64,000 nucleotides of DNA from Hydrolagus colliei (lineage: Eukaryota). Under the pieces are notes generated by a model, which saw only the letters and a program-made list of their open reading frames with translations, did no database searches and was not told where the DNA came from. The first letter of the stretch is position 1. Each line of letters starts with the position of its first letter. Where the stretch lies: assembly GCA_035084275.1 (NCBI GenBank), contig CM068746.1:35340001-35404000 (forward strand). Direction: 5' to 3'. Both the position numbers and the translations under genes were made by a program. Below, one piece after another: positions 12,849 to 26,690 of the stretch.

Positions 12849-15469
12849 ATATGTGTGAGTGCGTGTGTTAATAATACAGTTGTGTGGGTCCTTTGTGTCG
12901 TGCTCCACATTATAAAGAGGCACGGTAACATTATCGATTTCTGACTCAGCATTTGATGTCACTTGTTCACCCTTAGCAAAGGGATGTTCGCGGTGTTTCC
13001 ATAAAGCGTGAGTGCAGCAACACACAGCAACTCGCGGTGGAGCAATTTCTGTTTTGGCTAAGAAGATGTCGGTAACCCAACTGCGTTTTGCACGGCACGT
13101 GACAACGGGCGGTTCTGGAGGCAAGTACTTGTTGAGGGATTGAGGGCCAGTGCAGCTAATTGCTTAAATCTAGAGCGGAAAAGATGGAAAATATGAACGA
13201 CAGCAGCAAAACTGTAACCTGCTCCTGGCATCTCCTGTTGCCAAGGGAACAATTATATATGTAAGACATTTGCACAGCTCATGCACATCGTGATTGGTCA
13301 AGTCGTGCTTTGAAGTAGGGTTATAAATGCAGAACAGATCGGATACATCAGCAGCAGCTGGTTAAGATGCTTAGGAGTTATGGACTACGAGTGGGAAGGA
13401 GACAAGACAATAATAGGATTAAACATTTCCTCAGATTTTACAACATAGCAGAATGGGTTGAATTCCCGCCTCTGCTCCACCACGTTGTGAAATGTCTGGC
13501 AATGCAGCTCTATTGTGGCAGGATAATGGGGGGAAATATTATAAGCTCCTCTGCTGAATGCCACAATAATTCACTGGCTTGAAAGTCAGCAATTTTTTAA
13601 ACACATCATCTCTAATGCTGGAAGAATGCAGTCCAATACAAATTTATAGTTATACAGAAGCTTTAGCATTCCAAAGCCCTTGTCAATGACGGCTTGACAC
13701 CTAAACTGGGGAGTGGGAGCCGAGGACGATGGGGGAAGGAAATAACACTGAGAGTGCGGTGAATGAGTACGTCTCGAAACTGATTTTGAAGAAGGGGAGA
13801 GGGACGAAGTGAGTTAGAGAGACTCTGGGACGGAGTCTCTCTAACTTTTTATGAGTGGATCCCACCTGCTGTTGTATCTGTGACTGATGCTCAGTTTGTG
13901 CTATGGAAAGCAAAGCCTTGCGGCAATGTGTTTGGAAAAGTACTTGCTCATCACATTGGTCAGAGGCTCAATAAGAGTTAAACATTACAAGCAGCACCTT
14001 AACCACGGACAAATTTATATTATATTTATATTTAAAGGGTCAAAGTGCAACAAACATAGATGCAGTTCCACCTGTCTTTGGTGTTCAGTGATTGTGCTGG
14101 TGATGTGTTTATGGTAAAGCACGGCAACAACAACATGTATGCTTTTATGCAATTGATGGGAATTGACCCCCCACCAGTCGTTGATGGTGGCTTGTGAGGT
14201 GCCCCACATTCTATGCCTAACATCACACTTTCTTAACGCCATTTTCGCTGATGTTAGTGAGTGTTGTAAATTGGCGAATTGACCGTGTTATCTTTCCCTT
14301 GCATGTCATACTGTATGCGCCAAGAGTTTATATTATTTTTATCAAACCAGACACGAGTGGTGGACTGCAAATTCCATTGGCATTGCACATTGTGCCTTGG
14401 GCGATACGTGGTTACAATGGGGGAAAAACTCTGAGCAGCCGACATCCTCAGTGCCGCGACACATAAAGCCAACTGGAATTTCAACCCCTGGAATTACAGC
14501 CAGTGGTGGCTTGAGTTTCGATTGCCTGGGTGGGAGGGGCTGGGCTGGTGCAAAATGTGAGCGTTTGAGTTAAATTAAAATTGTGTGACGAATGGTTCAG
14601 GCGGAATGGTCAGGAGGTCAGATTCCTGCAAATGCTTTGTGTCTATCCTTTGATCAACTGCAGTTTTAATTAAAACCTTTCCCACCATTAGTTTCTCCCC
14701 CAGTTGAGCTGCCAAGAAGGACAGTGCAGTATCTTAATGCTTGGGTGTCACCTAAATTACTAATCTGTGTCCTGGTCGTCTTTATGTGACATTTGAACAT
14801 TGTATTGTGGCAGAGAACGTCCGGGCGAATTTCAATCCATCACTCTGCGCATCTTGGAAACGAATGGGAACAATCAGCCTGAGTGAGACCTCAGTGGCCC
14901 TATTTAATCGCCATCATTGCACCCACACAATGTCAGGCTGTACTGTACTGACGTTGTTAGTGTGGCTCTTACTGTGGTCTGGCATTGGGCCAGTTGTTTA
15001 CTTCTTGCAATCCCAGTGAGTTTACCAACTCACTTTCGTTTGTTTTTGTACCAGATCCCAGCTATTTCTCGAGCTTAATTGTCTTTGCAACATTATAATA
15101 TATTTCAAACCAATACATTTTGTGTTTTGCCCGCAAAAGTATAGAGTCAATTTACAGTATATTCTGTGAAGCGCTTTGAGACGTCTTGAAGACTTGATAA
15201 GGCGCTATATCAAATACAAGGATTATTATTATTAATTCAAATCACATGGCCCCTCCTGAAAAGAACACTATGAGTCAGGGCAGGACTAGACTGAGCTGTG
15301 ATTTCTCCCCCTGATATCCCATAGGTAGCCATCTGATAGATAGACAGCAGGTATTCATTGGGTGGGCTCGCTGCTCTTGTCTGAAGATATTTATCTCCCT
15401 TCTGCCGCTGTTCCTATTGTACAAACATTCAAGTACACGAGCTAACAAGCTATTCTGACTGAAAAGGGA

Positions 15470-15670
15470 ATAGAAAGACATAGGAGAGGGGAATAGACGA
15501 AAGAGAGAGTTGAATAGGTGACTGAGAGGGGAATAGGTGATTGTGAGAGGTGGGTAGGCAATTGAAAGGGGAATAGGTGGCGGAGAGAGAGGATTAGGTG
15601 GCGGAGAGAGGGGAATAGGGAACAGAAGAGGGGAGAATAGGAGAAGGGAAAAGATGAAGAGGAGATAAGA
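15470..15670. repeat. Purine-rich low-complexity repeat (gagaggggaatagg-like units)
   Basis: Repeated ggggaatagg and ggtggcggagagag units. Confidence 0.75.
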
Positions 15671-16152
15671 CTCTGGAATTTGAGATTGAATTGGAGAGTT
15701 TGAGCCTTGTATGGAGTTACAAAGCTTTCAGTTACAAAGCAAAGTTTAAATAGGCAATGTAAAAATTCATAAACTTTGTAAAACAATAATTCAGCTAGTG
15801 ACGAGAAATCTGTCTACATGTGTGTGTCTCTCTTTGTATCTATGTGTATCTCTGTCTGTTCTGTCTGCCTGCCTGCTCTCAGGTACGCTACCCTACGTGA
15901 AGAGCAACATATAAAGTTGTCTGTTCGAGTCTCTGTATCTCTCTCTCTCTATGTATCTCTCCCTCTCTTCCTGTCAGAAGAGAGAGCATGAGGTTTAAAT
16001 CTGATTTTCGCAGATGCTCACACAGAGTGGAGTGCAAATTCTGTCAGGAAAACTGTCTGTGACAGTGGCGCAAACTGTATTTTTGGGTTAATCCACTCCG
16101 ACATTGTTTCAGTGTCTTTATTTGGAGTCTGATCTTTCTGTCTTGCCCTCAG

Positions 16153-16819
16153 CTCTGCATGCCCAAAGGACTATCCTTCCGGACCCAGGCCGAAAACAGA
16201 GAGCCGCAGTTCCACTCGTTCATCATCACCCGTGAGGATGGCTCCCGCACCTATGGGTTCGTCCTCACCTTTTACGAAGAGGTGACCTGCAAGCAGATCT
16301 GCAGCGCCATGCAGACTCTTTACCAAATGCACAATGTGGAGCAGTGCAGCAACATCTACGCCTCATCCTCCTGCAGCATGGACTCGCTGGCCAGCAGCCT
16401 CGACGAGGGCGATACCACTTCCCTGGCTAAGCTGCAGCGTTACAACTCGTACGACATCAACAGGGACACCCTGTACGTTTCAAAGTGCATCTGCCTCATC
16501 TCCCCGCTGCCCTTCATGCAAGCCAGCCGCAAGTGTCTGACGCAGCTCTACAAAGCCGTGGCCTCCCAACAGCCACCACCTCTGCCCTTGGAGAGCTACA
16601 TCCACAACATCCTGTACGAAGTGCCCCTTCCCCCACCCGGCAGGTCACTGAAGTTCTCTGGGGTGTGTGGGCCTGTGGTGTGCCAGCGGCCCGGTGTGAA
16701 CGAGCTGCCGCTCTTCGATTTCCCGCTGCGAGAAGCCTTGGAGCTGTTGGGTTTGGAGAACTTGGTCCAGCTGTTTACCTGTGTGTTGCTGGAGATGCAG
16801 ATCCTGCTGTACTCGCAAG
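16153..16819 (+). CDS. DENND5B: Exon 3 (uDENN/cDENN): [12 protein letters not shown]...[11 protein letters not shown]
   Basis: ccctcag|CTC acceptor, CAAG|gtgagt donor, 667 nt; overlaps ORF 16159..16833. Confidence 0.97.
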
Positions 16820-17142
16820 GTGAGTCCGGTTAGCACCGAGACTGTACTGTACTGCAGCATTGGACACGTCACACTTGGATACACAAGCATGCTAGACTCC
16901 CCAATAACGGTTTTGTAAAATGAGCCTCAGAAGTGTACTGGCCACAATCTGTAGCTTTTAAAAGCTGGTGGGTCTGAACCACTAACTCTTCTCCATCTAT
17001 CTATCTTATCTATCTCCATCTCTATCCTTCGCCTCCAACCTGATCCTGAGGTCATGGCTGGGTTCAAGATGCAGTGACTTGAATCGAAAGTTACAAACCT
17101 GCGCTAATTAATCGAGAGAGGTCACTTTTTGTCCCCTTTCTC

Positions 17143-17502
17143 ACGCAAACATACATATGCACATAGCCACACACACCCAACCCCCCATACAAACACACAT
17201 ACATACACCCACCCCCACCCCACATGCATACCCAACCCCCACACACCCTCCACACCCCATCCCCCCACACACACATGATGCACACATCCCACCCCACACC
17301 ATCCCGCACATTCACATACACTCCCTGACACACAACCCACACACCCACACACATTCTCCACCCCCCACACACCCATATCCCACCACCCTCATGCACATAT
17401 AAACCCTACATGCATACTCCCACATGCACATATATCCCTCCCCCACACACACACACAGCACATACACACACCCCACACGCTCTCCCTCACACATACACAC
17501 AT
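17143..17502. repeat. Degenerate (CA)/(CCCACA) low-complexity repeat
   Basis: Visible directly; explains the H/T/P- and V/C/G-rich pseudo-ORFs. Confidence 0.92.
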
Positions 17503-17509
17503 GCCCATT

Positions 17510-17871
17510 ACTTCGTTGAGAGGTCTCAAAGCACTTCACAGAATATATTGTAAAGTAGATTAACTATATTTTATGGGTGAAATGTGGCAGCCAATTGTAC
17601 ACAACAACAACAACTAAATTAAAAAGAAATTACATTTACATTTTTATGTAACACAACAGCCTCCCACAAACAGTTGAGGATTGAGTGACCCAAATTTTTT
17701 AGGGATTTTCCCCAGAAAGTGATCCTCCAATCGATTAACAATCGGTTTCATATTTACGGCCGGGTAAACAAGGCCTTGTGGAGTAAGGAAACTTGCTGCA
17801 GGCTTCACTCCGCCTGAAATTATACCCAGGTCCCGGCTTGTGAGGCGATTGCACTGAGCTGTAGGACTCCC
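17510..17871 (-). mobile_element. SINE family A, long form
   Basis: Ends in actgagctgtaggactcc (reverse complement of the head); includes the internal module. Confidence 0.85.
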
Positions 17872-20800
17872 ATGTTGGAGCTCATGCTGATGAGATTTAC
17901 CGTATCGACACTAAACCAGTGTGCTTTATATTTGCTGAGATTTGTGAAGAGAGAATTGTGCACTTCATCGACTCATAAAAGGTTTGCTGCAAAAGGAGGC
18001 CATTCAGCCCACTCCTGTCAGTTCACTGGCACATTGCACTCTATTCCTATTTCCCTACTTTTAATCCTTGTTCCATTCCCTCACTCTTTCTCCTTGCCCT
18101 TCAGTATTTTATTCCCTCAACAATTTATCCAGGTTTCTTTCAAATGCTGCTTTGGGTACAGCTTTGACAGCATTCCACCTTTCCAGAAAAGAGACGTGAC
18201 ATTGTAAATTCAGTAAAACACACCCCTCGTGACAACTGTAAATGACAAAGATCGCAGCGGCATTATGCAGCTCAGCAAGTGGCGTTTTACCCCCACACGT
18301 AAACAGGATCATGGAGCTGAAATTAACTCCTCAAATCTCAGCATCTCGGCTCTGGCAGCATCACCGCAGTGTAGAATTAGGAAGAAATTAATTAGGAAAA
18401 CTGAGCAAAGTCACCCCAGCCACTTCACCTCGTGTGCAACTGCTCCTGTGACATGCATTGATTGTATCGCAGCGTTGGTCGTCAGTTCTGAGTCTGTCTG
18501 CCTGTCCTATTGAGTAGCTTATTGCTGGAGATGTCTGGTGGGTGGCATGGCAGGATATGGAAGGCAATCACTACTTGGAGGGAAAGGTATTCAACGACAG
18601 GCAGGACGGTGCAATTGCTCACATTGATTAAGGATGAGTTTCACATATCCTTCTCCACTGTCATCGTTTCCCACCCCTAGCTCAGTCACTCAGTCATTAT
18701 TGTTAAGTGGCCTGGGAATCACCTCCCGACATTTAAGGCACTGTAAAAATGTAAATTTGAGTTGTGTTGAGGTTTTATTTATTTTCCGCCGCCCATTTAA
18801 TTCCACGCGAAAAAAACGAGTGCAAATGTCATGAAATTAAATGGGCCGTGAAAAGTATTGGTCTGATGTATAGCAATGATGTCGTAGGGAAGGGAAAGAA
18901 AGCGGGCCTATCAAATCTGTAGGGTTGTGGAACAGAATAAACCTCCCTTGTTTGTATTCAGCCTTGAAAGTGTTTGGCACCTCTTGTTGAATTGGGATAG
19001 CTGTAACCTAGGCTTAGTGCACACTCAGGAAGTTAGAAACAACAGGGTCTTGAAATCGTTGCTCTGTGTGTGTACTGACTACCACTGCAATCTTCAGGGC
19101 TGTACTGCGGAATGAAAGGTGTTTTGCTTGCCAGCCTGCAGAGCTTGCACACTGAACCAGCTCGTGGTTTCATAGCAACCTACTTGAAGTAGAGCAACAC
19201 TGTGTCCTTCTAAAAGGTTGATCCTCAAAGAGACACATCCCAGAATTGATCAAAGTAAGACAACAGCATACAAGAAGGTTATTCAACTGGTGCTGTCTGA
19301 GCTATATACCCTATAAACCCTATATACAACAACAACAATAAATTACATTTGTGCCTTTCGTGTCCCAAGGTGCTGGGCATTCAAGGTTGAGCAGGGGGAT
19401 GGAATCAAGAGAGATGGAGGGCAGGGAGGGTTAGGGGTAGGAAGATGACTGAAGGCACGGCCGAAGAGGAAGGTCTTGAGATGGTCCTTGAAGGAGGCAA
19501 GGGAGGAAGGCAAAAGGACTCCACTGGATGTGGTCCTAAAGGGTGGGTGGCAGAAAAGCTGAATGCCAGACCCCCGATGTTAGGGCGCACAGATTGGGGT
19601 CCATAGAACAAGCCAGAGTCCCCTGAAAGTGAAGCCACCATCCTTCATGTTGTTACAGGTATTTAAGCAATTCACTTTTAAATACTGTGATGTTATTACT
19701 ATCGGGTAAGTTAAAGCATTTAAAAGAAACTTTTTGTTGATTTATTACATTACAGTTCAGTCAGCAAACAATAATTGCCCCCTGTTATGGAAGTGATATT
19801 AAACTAATAGGCCGACTCTTTGTCCATTCATTCAGTCATCTATCCCCAACCCTTGGCTCCCCAGCCATTATCTTGTGCCAAGGCCAGGACTGATAAATAC
19901 TTTGGGATGCTTGTGAAGTGAAATGCAAATTTTTACTGTATTGTAAGTCTCTCCATTTGAAGCTGCAAACATGCTCAGCCATCTGTGTCCACGTTGTGAA
20001 GGCTTATCGAATACAAATTCCATCCCCTGGGCATTGAGATAATAAGAACACAAGAATTGCTGGACAAAAAAAAAGAAGGTCACCTAGTTTGTCTTCTGCT
20101 GTCCTGGTAGTTGCATGTTACATTAACGGAGATGTGGTACGAATTAATCTACATGTACAACAGAACAGAAATCTTTGGGAAAATTGCCTGGTTCCTCCAG
20201 CCATATGTGAGATGACTATTGTTGGGGGGGTGGAGAAAAACAACCTCTTCTCCCCTAACCTAAATTTGTTGATTTAATTGCAAGACAAGTGTACAGTGAG
20301 TGAGTCCACAAGGCAGAAGAATGAATGGCCTTGAAATAGGAATGTGAAAATAAACAAACTTTACATGACGATAAACAAAAATGAAATAGAATCTCTCTGC
20401 AAGACTTTGCTGAGATTTGATTTTTAAAAATCCAGTCAAAGTGCACTGGACTGTGAGGCACCTTCTGTCAACATCGGAACAGGGCAAGAATGGTTTGAGA
20501 GGAAGTTTGAACTCGAAACACGCAAACAGTTTAAACTCCTGAATGAATCGAGTGTGAAATGAATCACTAAACAGTCACGTAATTGGCAAATAATCCTTGC
20601 AGATCACCCAACACGTTACACGAAAATATATTTTAATCAGTGCCTGGAGTGCTTTGATTTTATTTGAATGGATCGGAACTAAACGCTTCCCCCAGTTCGT
20701 TAAGCCTTGCGATTTTCTCAGTCGCCCTGCTTGTGGCAAAGTAACACTGGTGAGAGTTTGTTTGTCGCTCTTGACTTTGATTAACCTGATTTGCCTTGCA

Positions 20801-23800
20801 CGAGGAATTAGTGTCAGGCGAAGAAGCGCATCACACTAAGTATGGAGCAGAGAGGAATGACACTGATTTCATGCTCTCATGGGAGTTGATGCGTGTGACG
20901 CACTTTGTTAGTTCATTTGCAGACTTTAATTTAGAGCTGTGTTCAGTTAACTTGCAATTACTCATTGCAATGTCATGGCAACCATAGCATGACCACAAGC
21001 ACTGAACAATGTTTGAAATTAATCCTCTTACACTTATCACATTTTACAATTTAACTAATTAAACATATTTGTCTCCAAAGGAAGCAGCCATACTATTGCA
21101 CAGACCCTGATTTAACCCGTTGCAAATTTGGAGCAACTGCAAAAAAGAGCCAGACTTCAGACTTATTTTGAAGATGTCTGTGCCTGAGACTTAAGATGCT
21201 AAAGTTACTGCAGGCTGACTAGTGTTTGCTCTACTGCCACCTTGAGCAGGGATGAACAGTACCCTGTGGAAAGTAAACGGCTGAAATCTTTTGTGTGCAC
21301 CGTGTTTTTAATTCATTAACATTCAGTACATTAACCCATTCATCCTGACTCAACGGATTGGCGGTGTGACCCACACCCTGGAGAAATAGTGAGGACACAT
21401 CTTCAGACCGTGTGTGCTTCAGACTCTGCCCTAAACTGCAGTCCTCAAGGGTGTGTAACAAGGAAGGAATTCAGCCGACCGATGTCATGAACAGCGAGGA
21501 CAATGCTCAAGAATGTTATAAACAGCTTAATTCAGAGATTACCCAAATATCTTGTGATTCACTGCCACCAGTTTTTGCCTCAGTCTGCCTTCAAGCAGTG
21601 GCGTTTGAATTAGAAGGATGGAACCCTCCCTTATCCTGTGACATCAATATAAATATAGCTGACTTGCTGCCACACAAATACTCTATAATTACTCCCTATC
21701 CTTCAGTTTGGATGGATGCTATTTTTGGGGAAAAGCATCAGTGCCCCCATTATCTTTCTTCAATTACTGTAAGAGGTGTTATATAGCCCCAGTAATATAT
21801 CAGTCTGCCTATGATGGGAGCGGAAAGGGTTGAGGAGAGCCAACTTCCTGACCAGTGATTTCCTCTTGTGGCGTACTGAGTTCCTTTCATCAATGTGCAT
21901 GGAATGGGTGCGACTGACAATGAGACCATAATTCTAGAAGCATTGAAATTGAATTTATTTTCCTCCCAATTCATTGAATTCACTGTGATTGTGATGGGAA
22001 TGTTGACTATGAGCAGGACAAGCATAAAATGCCCAAACAGTTTCAGGACAAGCCCTCAGAAAGTATTTCTTCAGTTTGAGAGTTATCAATGAGTAGAACA
22101 GGTCACCAGGAAAGCTAGCTACTGCCAGGACGTTGGACTCATTAAACACCAGCTTGATGCTGTGATGGGAGGATGGATGGGTGACTATTATGAATGAGAT
22201 TAAATAGACCCCCCTTTTTTTTCCAAACCTTTTTTTTACTCAACCTTATGTAACACTGATATTTGCGCTTGTCTTTCTCATCAAGAACCAAACCATTGAA
22301 AAAAAATTGTTCTGGCGAAATGAAGATTATTTTAAAGGAACATGCAGCATGTGATGCTTTTACATGTCTTCTTGAGAATCCTATGCTCAACGGCAACAAC
22401 AAGAAATTGCATTTATGCGCTGTCTTTCATATAGGGAGGACTTCAAAGGCACTGGACAGTGAACAGCTTGCACTTAAGATGGGGGTTTGAATCAAATGGT
22501 GGAGGGCAAGGAGGGTGGGGGTGGGAAGATGGTGGGTGAATGTCACAAATGAATAAACTGTACAAGCTCATCTGATCAGAATAATTTCTACATTGTGAGC
22601 TGGTGCTTTGTATAAGCTTTTATTGGAATTTTCAGCATCTTGTCTGTTCACAGACAAACACGTTGTTGTACCTATGTATTCCTTTACACTTAACTTTTTA
22701 TTGATATATTTGCTTTTGAAAAAAGATTATTTGAACATTTTGATTTGAATGCGTCTTGCTTCAGACTGGAGACCTGTCCATTTGGTTCTGTTTGTCTGGG
22801 TTAGTGTTGGAGTTTCTATTTGTTTGCGCAGAAATGCTTCATCAAGGTTTTTTTCATCTCAAACTTTGGGGAAATGTCTGATCTTTCTGGAATTCTTCCT
22901 CCCCTCTCTTCCTACCACCCCCACCCCCCGTCCTCCAGACATGAAGGGCGCTATACAAATGTAATTTTGTTGTTGTTGAGACGCCTCAAGGCGCTTTTAC
23001 AGAATATGCTGCAAAGTGAATTGACTGTGTATTTTGTGGGCAAAATGCATCAGCCAATTGCACACGGCAGAGTCCCACAAGCAGATGTGGAGTGTGTGAC
23101 CAAATAGTTTATTTTGAGGGATTATCGCCCTCAGTTAAGTGATTGCCAATTGACTAACGACCGGGTTCCTACTTACTGCTTGGTAAACAGAGGCTTGTGG
23201 AGTAGGGAAACTTGCCTTTTTTCTTGCCTACGGTATGTGTGTATGTTTAGTTATAAACAGAGGCTGGTTGAGGGCAGTCATGCTTGTCTGACCTATTTTG
23301 AGCCAGAGAGGCAGCATGGTGGAATTTAGAAATGTGGGCTGAAAATAGTTGAAGTGCACGGTGCCATTTAAAGAAATATGATTTCAGGTTCAAAGGTTAC
23401 ATGAGGCCTTTGGGTGCCGGTCTTCCTTTTATTCCATGTGATTTAAAGCTGCTCATGAGCTGCTGCCCGGGAGCAGGTCTTCAGTGCAGAATGATTTCCT
23501 CTTGAGTAATGAAATGTGGGATTGAAGGAGCACACTCACGCCTTGAATCCATTAATGAAAGGATTGTGCAGTGAGCAGCTGCTCCCAAGCCCGCCTTTAA
23601 ACACGGCTCTGATAACACTGGAGCAAGAGGGGCCTGAGGCATCCCGACCTCCATCCTTTTAGTGACATTTTGCTTTATATGCAAAAATAATTTGGCCACT
23701 CAATCCATGACTGTTTGTGGGACCTGCTGTATGCAATTGGCTGGTGCTTTTCACCCATAAAATATAGTCAATCCACTTTATAGTATATTGTATGAAGTGC

Positions 23801-25072
23801 TTTGAGACAGGTTAAAGTGTTATATGTCAAATGCAGGGATTATTATTTTTATATGTATTTCAGTTCCGACAAAATCCACTCTATATCTATAGCGAGCTCA
23901 TTATCAATGCAGCATTTTCTGCGACCTTAAGGAATGAATTTGCAGTTGTTGAGCAAGCTGCCTTTCTGGGATAGTATTTGCTTCTCTCCCTCCCTCCCCC
24001 CACCAGTCTTCATTGTGAGCTGTTCGCTGACAGCTTTGTTCTTTCAGCTAATGAAGGCCAGTGAGGCAGTCCAGGCCAGGAGCTGCACACAGCTTAGTGA
24101 TTGACCAAGTAGGAAGGTGACGTGCTGAGGGAGGGGGGGGATGGGATGATGTGCTGAGGGAGTGGGGGGGGGATGGGATGACATGCTAGGATATCTCAGT
24201 TTCCTCTCAGCCAGACCAAATTGCAATTGTGCTCCATCTAGTGCCCAGCTGAAGATCAACCAGAAATGTGGTTGGCGGGCTCGCGCTAAAATACAGTCAA
24301 TCTACTTTACTATATATTCTGTGAAGCACTTTGAGACGTCCCAACCATGTGATAAGGGGCTAAGTCAAATGCAAGGATTATTATTATTAGAGTGTGGCTG
24401 ACCAACACTTGCCACCTCGACTTGCATACAGTGGGGAATTCGATCCCAGCGAAAGCAAAGCACAATCTCTACAAAAATGTTCAAGCCAACCAACTAAGAT
24501 TGCATTAAACACAAGACAATACGGATTGAGATCCTTTGAGCCGCTATCTGTTGGCAGCTCAAATTCCTACTTTTGTGAGATAACCTCCACTGGGATTGAG
24601 TATCCCATGGTGTGTTTGAGTTTATCTGGATTTAATTGGAACTGAAATGGATCATTTTGTCACATTCCTCAGCCTTGTCTATAAAAGTCAACTCAATTAC
24701 CGTTCAATGGCCGGGTTCCCCCATTCCCCATCTCTTTTCTTCGTGGATGGACTCCGGTAGCTCAGTGTTTAGAGCAAGCAGGAGACCTGGGCTCGATTTC
24801 AGGCAGGGCGATACCTTGAACAAATTTCCTTACTCCACACACCTAATAATAATCCCTATACATATACAGTAAAATTCACTTTACAGTATATTCTGTGAAG
24901 CGCTTTGAGACGTTTAAAGACGTGAAAAGCTCTATAACAAAATGCATATAACAACAGGATTATTATTATTGTAGAGGATATCTCTACCATTGTTTACTTC
25001 TCTAATACCTTCACTCTCACCTTCATTATCATAGTCATATCCTTACCTAGTTGCATTTTTATCTATATTCGT

Positions 25073-25396
25073 GGAGCTCCTGTAGCTCAGTGGTTAGAGC
25101 ACTTGCCTTACAAGCGTGAGACCTGTGTTCGAATCCAGGCAGATCAGGGTAAAACCTTGGGCAAGTTTCCTTACACCACACACCTAATAATAATCTGTCC
25201 AAAATTCACAATAATAATAAATTGGTCATTTCAATCCATGAGTGTTTGTGGGACACTGCTACGTGCAATTGTCTGCCGCGTTTCCCCCACAAATATACAG
25301 TCAATTCACTTTACAGTACATTCTGTGAAGCGCTTTGAGACGTTTGGAAGACGTGAAAAGCGCTATATCAAATTCAAGGATTATTATTATTATTAC
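25073..25396 (+). mobile_element. SINE family A, short form, well preserved
   Basis: A box tagctcagtggttaga, B box gttcgaatcc, tail gaagcgctttgagacgt...gtgaaaagcgctatatcaaattcaagga(tta)n. Confidence 0.92.
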
Positions 25397-25511
25397 TGTT
25401 TAAGTGCACATGGTCTGTTTAGTGAGGTTGCAGATTTATCACTAATCTGTGGTCAGGTGTTGATCAAAAATAGATAGAAGAATTAGTTATGAAAGAGTGG
25501 GTGAATATACA

Positions 25512-25852
25512 TAATAATATAATAATCCTTACATTTGATCTAGTGCCTCATTACATCATTGAGCCGCTTCAAAGTGCTTCACAGAATATATTGTAAAGTG
25601 GATTGACTGTTTATCCAATTGCACACAGCAGTGTCCCACAATCATTGATTGAGTGATCAAATGTATTTTTGTCTGGGAGGCATTATTTCCCTGGGAAAGC
25701 GATGTGCCAATCGACTAACAATTGGGTTCCTACTTACTGCTAGGGAAACAGAGATGGAGTAAGGAAATTTGTAAACGTTTTCGCCCTGCCCATCAATTGA
25801 ATCTGGATCCTGTCGCTTGCGATGCGAGGGTGCTAACCACTGCGCTATGAGA
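25512..25852 (-). mobile_element. SINE family A, long form
   Basis: Reverse-complement match to the adjacent copy plus internal module. Confidence 0.85.
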
Positions 25853-26429
25853 TTCGAGTTATTCCCAAGATTCGGGACTCTTTTTACCAAGCACAAAGTA
25901 CCCATCTGTGATATCAAATGTGTATTTTGGATTGGCGAGTAAATTGATCTCATTTGTTTACCAAATGCTGCCGTAACATTTCTATTTACACTTGGGTTGA
26001 CTTTGCTAAGTGCAAAAAATCCAGATGGAAAGAACATTGTACGGCATACTATCAATTTTTGTACACAATGGACGTATTTCTGAAGCTGCGGTAAGGGTCT
26101 TTTCTGGCTGAGTTGAATGCAACTCATTACAGAGCTCTGCAAATGGATGGGTGATGGTGAGGGCAACTTTGCGATTGCACAGGTCCAGGATTAGAGCACT
26201 GCCATCCATTTGTCCACAGAATCCACCTTGCATCATCTGAGCAGGTTTCACTGCAGAACACTGTCGTTTCACTGCAGACCTCAGTTCATCTCAGGATGGT
26301 AGTTGCTTGGTCAGTGTTAAAGCGAGAGCTTATTGTACTTTGTGACGGGCACAATCTGGTTGGAATGACCCACATAGGTTGCCAAAGAAGTGAGTGTACA
26401 CTTTATTCAGCTCTGAGATTTTAAATTAA

Positions 26430-26690
26430 TCAACAATTACAATAAAATTGCATTTGTATAGTGCCTCTTAACATCAGGAGGACGTCCTAAGGCGCTGGAT
26501 AGTCAATGTTTCAGACCCGATCTGGGATCCGGGATCAGGGAGTGTGAAGGGAATGGGGGTTGACCAATGGCTCGGTTGAGGCGGGAATTGAAGGAGGCTA
26601 GGGAGGGGGCGAGATGGAGGGAGTGCGGGATGGAATTCCAAAGGTTGGGGGCAAAGTGGCTGAAAGTGGCTCGCCTGTGAACAGGATCGA
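26430..26690 (-). mobile_element. L2-type LINE 3' fragment
   Basis: (AAC)-type tail, stem-loop catcaggaggacgtcctaaggcgct; minus-strand FSHFAPNLWNSIP, the L2 ORF2 C-terminal motif. Confidence 0.8.

Noticed and set aside
17091-17539. His/Thr/Pro- and Val/Cys/Gly-rich ORFs
   Set aside because: Translations of a CA-rich low-complexity repeat.
25073-25150. tRNA-like sequences with A and B boxes (also 2343, 4686, 27107, 50137)
   Set aside because: They are SINE heads: no proper acceptor stem, always followed by the SINE body.
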